Source: a virus
Reading direction: 5' to 3' (one strand)
Virus record (IMG/VR): IMGVR_UViG_3300025151_006410
Coordinates: 5,020 to 69,019 of that record
Length of the DNA: 64,000 nt
The translations under genes and the position numbers were made by a program. Below the pieces are notes generated by a model. It worked only from the letters and a program-made list of their open reading frames with translations, did no database searches and had not been told where the DNA came from. Shown here one piece after another: positions 57,159 through 64,000 of the stretch (positions within the stretch are counted from its first letter, which is position 1; each line of letters opens with the position of its first letter).

Positions 57159-57233
57159 GTCCAACGTGGGTTCTAGCCACTACGCGGAGGATATTACCGC
57201 ATAAGTCTCACTATGTTGTGAGTTCTATCAGAC
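57159..57233 (-). ncRNA. candidate structured 5' leader RNA (four-way junction)
   Basis: closing stem GUCUGAU/GUUGGAC enclosing CUCAC/GUGAG, UAUGCGG/CCGCGUA and GUGG/CCAC hairpins; between TAAATA (57238-57243) and SD. Confidence 0.6.
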
Positions 57234-57280
57234 ACAGTATTTACTACTGTGCCTGATTTATAATGTTTTAGGTTAATTTA

Positions 57281-58741
57281 TTATACGTTTAAGTATGAGT
57301 CTAAGTTCCATGCACCGTTGGCAAAGACACAAGTTGCTAATGTTCTTTTACCTACAGTTGAATCGCCTGTTTCTGATGTGCCATTTATAAATGGTTGCCA
57401 TGCATATGTTGCCAACACATCACCATCTCTTGGATCTCTTACCTGTGAAAGTGTAACAGTGGTAGCCGCTGTGCCTGCCGCAGTTGAATCACCACCTGCA
57501 AGTACAAAGTGCATGATCTGTCCTTCTGATCCTGCCGCTAAAGTGTAATCAGCTTCAGCACCAGCTAGGGCATGTATTGTAGTTGTTAAGGACAATGCAG
57601 TAGCAGATGTCTCCAAGTTGTCTACTATACCCATTGTTGTTTCCCCACCAATGTCTAGTGCACCTCTTAAATTACAAGCACCATTAACATCTAAGGCATC
57701 TTGCACTACTAGTGCAGTTGAATCTGCCGCTGAAATATTTCCACTGATTCTAACATTGTCATTGAACACAACACCAGTTGAATCATCGGAAGAAATTTCA
57801 TTAACAATTAAACCATTAGCAATGTTAACAATGTCATTCATCACTAGTTCGGTTGAGTCACCATTGGAAATAGGACCGTTCAGTTGTATTCCACCTGTGC
57901 CTTGTGGCTGAATGATGATGTTTCCGTTTGTTGTTCTGTTATTAATTTGAACATCATTAGTGTTGGCATCTTTAATTTCGCCATTTGTGTTAAGTTTTAC
58001 ATTTCCACTGCCAATTTCATTGATGTTAGCTTGTGCGGCATTGGTACTACTAATAATACCGTTGATGTTTGAGCCAACTGTGATACTATCACATGTGATA
58101 TTGTCTGTGGTTACGTCACCTTCAACCAACAATGCACTTGAAGTTGAGTCATTGTTGTCAATAGTTACACCACCTCTAATTTGTATAGAGTCATTAAGTG
58201 TAATTTGTCCTTCATCTAATGCTTGTAGTGTGTCTACTTTTGCCGTAGTTGCATCAACGTTAGCAACGATAGTTGCTGTTGCTGTATCAGTTACTGAAGT
58301 TACTGTTGCCGCTGAAGCTGATGTAACTGCTTTAAATTTATCTTCACCTTCGTTCCAATAAAATACAGCATTGTTACCAGCACCACCTCTTTGCACGTAG
58401 ATACCTGCGTCAACGTCAGCACCAGAGGAGTTTCTATTAAGTTCTATTAATGCGTCTTCTACTTGAAATGATGTTGCGTTTACTTGTGTTGTTGAGCCTT
58501 TTACTTCTAGGTTCGAGTTGATTACAACTGATCCTGTGCCGTTAGGTGTAATGTTAATGTTTTCGTTGGTTACATCTGAAATTAATGCATTGCCTGAAAG
58601 TTGTAAACTAGATAGTGATGTTCCGCCTAGTTCTGTATAAATTTCTGTAAAGTTGTCGTTGATTTTATCAAACGCCGTTCTTAGTGGATCACCTGTACCA
58701 TCATTGGCTGCTGATCCTATGTTAATCGATTGGTATGCCAT
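57281..58741 (-). CDS. tail fibre/baseplate-attached structural protein
   Basis: INIGSAANDGTGDPLRTAFDKINDNF attachment domain; ITPNGTG; beta repeats. Confidence 0.8.
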   Translation of the reverse strand: MAYQSINIGSAANDGTGDPLRTAFDKINDNFTEIYTELGGTSLSSLQLSGNALISDVTNENINITPNGTGSVVINSNLEVKGSTTQVNATSFQVEDALIELNRNSSGADVDAGIYVQRGGAGNNAVFYWNEGEDKFKAVTSASAATVTSVTDTATATIVANVDATTAKVDTLQALDEGQITLNDSIQIRGGVTIDNNDSTSSALLVEGDVTTDNITCDSITVGSNINGIISSTNAAQANINEIGSGNVKLNTNGEIKDANTNDVQINNRTTNGNIIIQPQGTGGIQLNGPISNGDSTELVMNDIVNIANGLIVNEISSDDSTGVVFNDNVRISGNISAADSTALVVQDALDVNGACNLRGALDIGGETTMGIVDNLETSATALSLTTTIHALAGAEADYTLAAGSEGQIMHFVLAGGDSTAAGTAATTVTLSQVRDPRDGDVLATYAWQPFINGTSETGDSTVGKRTLATCVFANGAWNLDSYLNV

Positions 58742-58765
58742 TGTTTAATTCTCCTCTGGTGTGTT

Positions 58766-58777
58766 TATTTATAAATA
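58766..58777. promoter_or_regulatory. back-to-back late promoters
   Basis: palindrome TATTTATAAATA between divergent genes; TATAAATA on both strands. Confidence 0.6.
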
Positions 58778-58799
58778 ATTTTTATAAACCAAACGTAAA

Positions 58800-59081
58800 A
58801 TGTTCATCAAAGAAACCCACACTATTCATTTGCATCAAAGAGAAAGTAAGCATGGCAAACTGCACAACTTTAGGCGTAAACGCAGTGCTTATCATTTCAA
58901 GTGTGATTCATGTGCAAAAGAATTTGTACGTGACAAAAGCAAAGTTTCACCTAGTAGAGCTTCAAATAATTTCCATCATGTGTGTTCCACATGTGATCCA
59001 TATAAATTTGCACAAAAAATTGGTGTGAAAATGCGTAAAGTTTGGCAAATGGATGCTTCTAGTACAGAAATAAAACTATAA
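58800..59081 (+). CDS. small basic Zn-finger-like protein
   Basis: CDSC...CSTC; exactly fills gap between two fibre genes. Confidence 0.7.
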   Translation: MFIKETHTIHLHQRESKHGKLHNFRRKRSAYHFKCDSCAKEFVRDKSKVSPSRASNNFHHVCSTCDPYKFAQKIGVKMRKVWQMDASSTEIKL

Positions 59082-59082
59082 A

Positions 59083-61368
59083 TTAGGCTTGAGTAAAGAA
59101 GTCTAAGTTCCAGGCATTGTTGGCAAATATACAAGTAGCCATTGTTCTTTGTGGAACAGTTGAGTCACCTAGGTCAGTTGTACCAGCAATAAATGGTCTC
59201 CATACGTAAGTGGCTAACCTTTCTCCGTCTCTTGGATTTCTTACTTGTGATACTGTGATTTCAGTAAGTGCAATTTCATTTGCAGTTGAAGTTCCACCTG
59301 CAACAACAAAGTGCATAATTTGTCCTTCAGTTCCAGCCGCCAATGTGTAGTCTGTTTCACCACCTGCTAACGAGTGTATAGTTTTAGTTAATGCTAAAGC
59401 AGTAGTTGATGTTGCTAAATCATCTTGTACACCATATACAGTTGCCGCATTGTGTGTTACAGTGCCTGATGCTGTAATTGCCACTGCTGTGGTAGTTCCT
59501 GTAACAGTCGCCGAACCATCAACAGTTAAAGCACCATTTACTTCTAATCCATCTTGTATGGTTAATGCTGTTGAATCAACAGCACTCAATATTCCGTTGA
59601 TTTGTAAACTATCATTAATTACAACTGCTCCTGAGTCAGCTGAATTAATGTCATTTACGTCTAGGCTACCATCAACAGTTAAATTGCTTGAAATACTAAC
59701 ATTATCATTTATTCTTATTTCAGATGAATCTCTTGATGACATTGTGTTAGCTTGTAAGTCACCACCAACATCTAAACTGCCTGAGATGCCAAGAGCATCA
59801 TCTATTAATACTTCACTAGAGTCTGTGGATGAAATTGTGTTTGTGTCTATAGTGTCAGCACTTAATGTACCTGATACGTTTAACCCTTCAGTAACTTGTA
59901 TAGCACTTGATGAGCTTGATGAAATAACATCTGTGTCTAAATTATTAATTTGTATTGCAGAGGAATCAGCACCTGTAATTTCATCAACTTCTAATGTGCC
60001 AGTAACTTTTGCCCCAGTTGTTGTGACTCTAAGTCTTTCTGTTACAACACCACTAAAGAAAGAACTTAAAATTATTTCGTTTGTTGTGCCATCAGTTCCA
60101 TCAAATTTAATACTGCCTCCTTCAGTTCCGCCATCGCCTAAAAAACTTATTCCAGGAACATTTGCGTTGTCTGTTCTTTGAATTTGAATAATTGGTGTAG
60201 CAGAAAGTAAATGTACATTACTGGTTATTTGAACAGTTCCTGTACCATTGGCAGATAATACTAGATTATCGTTAGATCTTAATGTTGTAATTTCGTTCTC
60301 ATTCATGCTGATGGTAGCATCACTCAACGTTGAATCATTGTCACTCATAATGTTGAAAGTGCCTGTGACACTGGCTCCACTCTTTGTGACTCTGAATCTT
60401 TCCTCCAAACTTCCATCTTGTACTTTGAAAATTAGTTCTTTGCTGATACCGTTAGTACCATCCATGTATATCTGTGCTCTTACGTTACCGCCTGCTTGTT
60501 GAAAATCAATACCAGGTGTGCCTGTGTCGTTAGTTCTTTGAAGTGTTAATACTGCATTGGCTTGTTTGATGTGTAATGAAGTGTCAGGTGAACTAACATC
60601 TCCTATACCAACTTGACCACCACATTTTAATAATATGTCACCTGTACCACCAGGTTCAATAGTAATGTTCCTACTGCCGGTGCTAGTTATGTCACCGTGG
60701 ATATTTAAATTGCCAATTAATTCTATTCCGCCGGCTACATTTACAACTGATGAATCTGCAGGTCTTATTGTGCCTCCAATGTGTAAGTCATCATTTAAAG
60801 TAACACCTGTGGAATCACTTGCTGAAATAACACTGGTGTCTATATTTTGTATTTGTACTGCACTTGAATCATTGCCTACAATTTCATCTACTTGTAGTGC
60901 TCCAGATAGATCTAATGTTGCGGCATTAAGTGTACCTGATACATTTAAGCCTTCAGTTACTTGGATTGCTGTTGATGAACTGTTTGTTAAAACATCAACA
61001 TCTAAACTTGGAATTTGTACGTATGATGAATCTTCTGGGGCAATGTTGTTAGTAATAAGTCCACCAGTAACTCTTAACGTATCTTGTACGTCAATCATCG
61101 ATGAATTATTTGATTTGATTACATTGTCTACTATTAAATCAGCTTCTACTACAACCTGTCCTGTTCCATTTGGTGTTAGTGTGATTGAACCATTTGTTAC
61201 TTCTGTGGAAATTGTACTTACATTTATTGATGTATTAGCTGAATCAGTACCAAAAACTGCATTATACAGTTCTTCTGTATTATCGTTGACTTTATCCATT
61301 GCGACACGAAGTGTATCTCCTGTGCCGGTATTGATTCCTGTACCTAAGTTAATTGTTTGTCGTGCCAT
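59083..61368 (-). CDS. long tail fibre-like structural protein with DSS/DST repeats
   Basis: INLGTGINTGTGDTLRVAMDKVNDN; ERFRV/ERLRV fibre motifs; C-terminus paralogous to 57281 gene; TAAATA at 61378-61383. Confidence 0.8.
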   Translation of the reverse strand: MARQTINLGTGINTGTGDTLRVAMDKVNDNTEELYNAVFGTDSANTSINVSTISTEVTNGSITLTPNGTGQVVVEADLIVDNVIKSNNSSMIDVQDTLRVTGGLITNNIAPEDSSYVQIPSLDVDVLTNSSSTAIQVTEGLNVSGTLNAATLDLSGALQVDEIVGNDSSAVQIQNIDTSVISASDSTGVTLNDDLHIGGTIRPADSSVVNVAGGIELIGNLNIHGDITSTGSRNITIEPGGTGDILLKCGGQVGIGDVSSPDTSLHIKQANAVLTLQRTNDTGTPGIDFQQAGGNVRAQIYMDGTNGISKELIFKVQDGSLEERFRVTKSGASVTGTFNIMSDNDSTLSDATISMNENEITTLRSNDNLVLSANGTGTVQITSNVHLLSATPIIQIQRTDNANVPGISFLGDGGTEGGSIKFDGTDGTTNEIILSSFFSGVVTERLRVTTTGAKVTGTLEVDEITGADSSAIQINNLDTDVISSSSSSAIQVTEGLNVSGTLSADTIDTNTISSTDSSEVLIDDALGISGSLDVGGDLQANTMSSRDSSEIRINDNVSISSNLTVDGSLDVNDINSADSGAVVINDSLQINGILSAVDSTALTIQDGLEVNGALTVDGSATVTGTTTAVAITASGTVTHNAATVYGVQDDLATSTTALALTKTIHSLAGGETDYTLAAGTEGQIMHFVVAGGTSTANEIALTEITVSQVRNPRDGERLATYVWRPFIAGTTDLGDSTVPQRTMATCIFANNAWNLDFFTQA

Positions 61369-61396
61369 TGATATGCTTATTTATAGTGCTTCGTAT

Positions 61397-61714
61397 CTAT
61401 GCACTGAAGGAAGTTCCACAGCCGCACGATGATTTTGCGTTGGGATTTTCATATACAAAGTGCGATCCAAACGGATCAGTCTTGTAGTCAACTTTTGTAC
61501 CTAATAAAAACAGTTCACATCGTTGATCTACAAGCATTTTAACAGGGCCAAAGCTGAATTCGTTATCTTCTTCGGATTTTTCATCAGCTACTTCCATCAC
61601 GTAGTTAAATCCAGCACAACCACCCCCTTCTACACCAAATCTAATGTATGGTTTATTGTTGTCTTCGCAAACTTCTTTTAGTTTTGCTATTGCTGGTACT
61701 GTTACTGTAATCAT
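61397..61714 (-). CDS. iscA: A-type Fe-S carrier (IscA/HesB family)
   Basis: GGGCAGFNY, NPNAKSSCGCGTSF. Confidence 0.92.
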   Translation of the reverse strand: MITVTVPAIAKLKEVCEDNNKPYIRFGVEGGGCAGFNYVMEVADEKSEEDNEFSFGPVKMLVDQRCELFLLGTKVDYKTDPFGSHFVYENPNAKSSCGCGTSFSA

Positions 61715-61722
61715 ACTAATAT

Positions 61723-62040
61723 TTACATGCCTAAAGCTAGTAGGCCATCTTCCGAGACATATTCTTTAGTCCATGGTGGTTCAAATGTTAAATTTACTCT
61801 CACGTTGTCATGTCCTGCTCTATTAACAGCTTGTTCAACCCATTCTGGCATTTGTCCTGCCACAGGACAATTTGGTGCTGTAAGTGTCATAACAACATCA
61901 ACCGAATCGTCTTCGTTCAACTCAATGTTATAAATTAACCCAAGTTCAAATATATCAAGTGGTATTTCAGGATCGTAAACTTTATGCAATTCTTTTACGA
62001 TATGGGGATACTTTTCTTCAAAATAATCTCGGTCTATCAT
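61723..62040 (-). CDS. DUF59/SufT-like Fe-S assembly protein
   Basis: VYDPEIPLDIFELGLIY, MTLTAPNCP, FEPPW. Confidence 0.9.
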   Translation of the reverse strand: MIDRDYFEEKYPHIVKELHKVYDPEIPLDIFELGLIYNIELNEDDSVDVVMTLTAPNCPVAGQMPEWVEQAVNRAGHDNVRVNLTFEPPWTKEYVSEDGLLALGM

Positions 62041-62045
62041 ATACT

Positions 62046-62678
62046 CTATGCTTCTAGTAATCTAGATTCTATAAATTCATAGTTGATCAAGTTATCAATA
62101 AATGTTTCTAAAAACTTTTTACGATCATTTCTATAATCTATATAATATGTGTGTTCCCACACATCACACGACATTAACACATCAACTTGTTCGCCTACTG
62201 GATTATCACCATTAGCATAAGTTTTAATTGCTAGTTTGCCATTTTCTGAAATAAGATACACAAAGCCCGATCCAAATCTTTTTGTTCCTGCTTCTACAAA
62301 TTTAGCTTTGAATTCTTCTATAGAACCAAATGCTTCGTTAATTTTGTTTAGTACTGTTTCAGACGGTTCTTTGTAGTTGTCTGTCATGCTTTGCCAAAAA
62401 ATTATGTGATTATAATTTTGCCCTGCATTGTTGAAAACTGCATCATCGTTGTCGCGGGAAGCAACAATGATTTCTTTCAAACTCATGGTTTCATAATCAG
62501 ATCCTTTGATCAATTTGTTTAACGTATCTACATATGTTTTATGATGTTTTCCATAATGAAAATCCAACGTCTCTCTACTCATGAATGGTTCTAAATCTTT
62601 GCGATCATATGGAAGATCCATAAGAGTAAATTTTTCACCTATTATTTTTACATCATCTGCTACTGCTTCTACTTTCAT
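62046..62678 (-). CDS. sodB: Fe/Mn superoxide dismutase (Fe-type signature)
   Basis: HYGKHHKTY, FNNAGQNYNH, FGSG, DVWEHTYY. Confidence 0.9.
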   Translation of the reverse strand: MKVEAVADDVKIIGEKFTLMDLPYDRKDLEPFMSRETLDFHYGKHHKTYVDTLNKLIKGSDYETMSLKEIIVASRDNDDAVFNNAGQNYNHIIFWQSMTDNYKEPSETVLNKINEAFGSIEEFKAKFVEAGTKRFGSGFVYLISENGKLAIKTYANGDNPVGEQVDVLMSCDVWEHTYYIDYRNDRKKFLETFIDNLINYEFIESRLLEA

Positions 62679-62679
62679 T

Positions 62680-63477
62680 TTAGTTCTCCTTATTTGGTAA
62701 TTTCCATCTTGTGTTTTTTCTTGCTGGCTTTTTACTAAAGATATTATAGTTTGAAAACTTTTCTTTGTATCCTTTATTTACAAATAGTCCCATTAACCAA
62801 TCAGGCAATCCATACATCCATCGACCAAACACTTGATAATCATGTGTGGTGCATTCAGGTATTTTTATAAAAGGATTTGTTAAATCGATAACATAATCTT
62901 TTTCTTCTAAATCTTGTAACCAAAATTTTGGTATATGACCTAATATTGCTCCATGACTCAAATAGTCTTCAATATGCTGGGTACCAACTTCTTCTTCTTG
63001 CTTGTACCAATCTGACAACTGTTTACTATTAAACTTCCAAATTTTTAGTGTTATTGTTGTTGGTAATAAAGTTGCATAATCTTTCCACTTTCTACAAATT
63101 CCTAAATTCATTTTCCAAGACATGGGATTACCCCAGCAATTTTCATTTACTACATAATCATAACCAGACAGGGGATCTCCTAGAATATCGTACTGAATAT
63201 GCTTAACTTCTGGATACAATCTTTTGCCCATTTTAACATATTGCTTGTTTATATCACTATTTGTTACTTCACATCCAAACTGTCTAAGGGCATTAGCACA
63301 TCTACCAACGCCACCTGCAAGGCAAAGAACTTTTTTGCCTTTTAGATCCAATTGCTTAGATTCTATCTCTTGTCTGATGTCACTTGTCTGTGTTTTTTTA
63401 CGACTAGTAACACCTTGATTGAAAGTGGAATCGGTCCACCCTCCCAGTCCTTCTCTGTTAAGGCATTCAAGAAGCAT
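62680..63477 (-). CDS. class I SAM-dependent methyltransferase
   Basis: VLCLAGGVG, VTNSDIN, YDIL. Confidence 0.75.
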   Translation of the reverse strand: MLLECLNREGLGGWTDSTFNQGVTSRKKTQTSDIRQEIESKQLDLKGKKVLCLAGGVGRCANALRQFGCEVTNSDINKQYVKMGKRLYPEVKHIQYDILGDPLSGYDYVVNENCWGNPMSWKMNLGICRKWKDYATLLPTTITLKIWKFNSKQLSDWYKQEEEVGTQHIEDYLSHGAILGHIPKFWLQDLEEKDYVIDLTNPFIKIPECTTHDYQVFGRWMYGLPDWLMGLFVNKGYKEKFSNYNIFSKKPARKNTRWKLPNKEN

Positions 63478-63480
63478 TAA

Positions 63481-63648
63481 CTACTTCTTTTTAGCTTTTT
63501 TCTTAGCAGTTTTTTTAGTTGTAGCTTTTTTCTTAGCTGTTTTCTTAGTCGCTTTTTTAACTGTAGAAGTTTTTTTAGCAGGTTTAGTCTCAGGTCCAGC
63601 GTTTTCGCCTTTGCCCCAATTTTCCCATAGCTTTGATAAAAATCCCAT
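63481..63648 (-). CDS. histone H1-like Lys/Ala/Thr-rich small protein (55 aa, not in ORF track)
   Basis: MGFLSKLWENWGKGENAGPETKPAKKTSTVKKATKKTAKKKATTKKTAKKKAKKK; AAGGAG SD. Confidence 0.75.
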   Translation of the reverse strand: MGFLSKLWENWGKGENAGPETKPAKKTSTVKKATKKTAKKKATTKKTAKKKAKKK

Positions 63649-63671
63649 GTTATTCTCCTTTGTTTATTTGT

Positions 63672-63700
63672 ATTATAATATTTACATAGCTCATTGTCAA
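63672..63700 (-). promoter_or_regulatory. consensus sigma70 promoter with embedded TAAATA late element
   Basis: TTGACA-N17-TATAAT; TAAATA at 63679-63684 in the spacer. Confidence 0.75.
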
Positions 63701-63716
63701 GCTGTTTCCACTGATA

Positions 63717-63956
63717 CTACTGATCACTAACTTTATCTATTTTAAATGTAGTGCCTTGAACTGACAATGCGATGCCTCGAGGTTCCCATATGGAACGCCA
63801 TCTTGGCAAAACCCATGAATTAATATGGTCTTCAGTCCAGTAAGATGTTACATGTAAAAGTCTGGTATTACCGTCTTCTCTAGTTTGTTCTATTGTTTTT
63901 GATAAGTCTACGTCTGGAAATGTTGATGATGTTTGCTCCAGTATCTTCGATTGCAT
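63717..63956 (-). CDS. hypothetical protein
   Basis: 79 aa; TAAATA at 63966-63971. Confidence 0.5.
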   Translation of the reverse strand: MQSKILEQTSSTFPDVDLSKTIEQTREDGNTRLLHVTSYWTEDHINSWVLPRWRSIWEPRGIALSVQGTTFKIDKVSDQ

Positions 63957-63971
63957 ACTGTGATGTATTTA

Positions 63972-63999
63972 TTGACATGCAACAATCATGTGCTATAAT
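63972..63999 (+). promoter_or_regulatory. sigma70-type promoter reading out of window
   Basis: TTGACA-N16-TATAAT with extended -10 TG. Confidence 0.7.
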
Positions 64000-64000
64000 T

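Noticed and set aside
57166-57180. GTGG-GTTCTAG-CCAC on + strand resembling the preQ1-I riboswitch loop (GUUCUAG)
   Set aside because: Wrong strand for the downstream gene, no A-rich 3' tail, and not next to que genes; better explained as part of the minus-strand leader.
57281-59420. Similar 3' ends of two fibre genes as a possible DGR template/variable repeat pair
   Set aside because: Both copies are coding, differences are not adenine-specific, and there is no reverse transcriptase in the window.
61397-62678. Cellular (bacterial chromosome) origin suggested by sod, iscA, clpA, def, guaC and rpoZ
   Set aside because: These genes are interleaved with virion, lysis, PolB/clamp/clamp-loader genes and T4-like late promoters, so they are best read as phage auxiliary genes.
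47-63730. Numerous plus-strand ORFs in the track (e.g. 410-655, 16413-16877, 33415-34113, 59450-60181, 60635-61432)
   Set aside because: Antisense shadows of well-supported minus-strand genes, with no motifs or start signals. Only 46369, 47077, 48199 and 58800 are accepted on +.
1-64000. Stop-codon reassignment, as in some large phages
   Set aside because: Genes are full length and tightly packed under the standard code; TAA, TAG and TGA all terminate recognisable genes.
1-64000. tRNA genes, CRISPR arrays, integrase or transposase
   Set aside because: Intergenic gaps are short, and I saw no T-loop/anticodon cloverleaf, regularly spaced repeats or recombinase motifs; no covariance search was run.

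Overview
AT-rich, very gene-dense, almost entirely minus-strand segment of a large lytic dsDNA tailed-phage genome. By gene content it is a jumbo-myovirus-like phage with T4-style replication and late-transcription logic; the omega-subunit sequence suggests an alphaproteobacterial host (inference). Modules in order: nucleotide-sugar enzymes plus an RNA polymerase omega homologue (1-1.9 kb); MoxR ATPase/vWA pair; RNase H-like 5'-3' exonuclease; a 7-deazaguanine DNA-modification cluster (QueE, PRTase, GuaC, FolE, glycosyltransferase, QueD-paralogue, TGT/DpdA-like; no QueC in the window) abutting the sliding clamp and family-B DNA polymerase (10.6-22.2 kb); a block of late-promoter genes sharing an N-terminal M-K/R-x-x-E/D-hydrophobic motif, probably internal head proteins, including a PD-(D/E)xK-like nuclease and nucleotide enzymes (23.4-36.4 kb); ClpA/Def/DnaJ; a lysis cassette (GH108 endolysin, two-component spanins); PhoH, amidinotransferase, 2OG-oxygenase, clamp loader, SpeD, GroES and a DnaE fragment; virion structural/fibre genes rich in D-S-[S/T] motifs; IscA/SufT/SOD. 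Many TAAATA late promoters lie only 5-9 nt from the ATG, and there are several near-consensus sigma70 promoters. Two or three candidate structured RNA leaders were found. I saw no tRNA, rRNA, CRISPR array or mobile element. All functional calls come from recognising motifs by eye, not from database searches.
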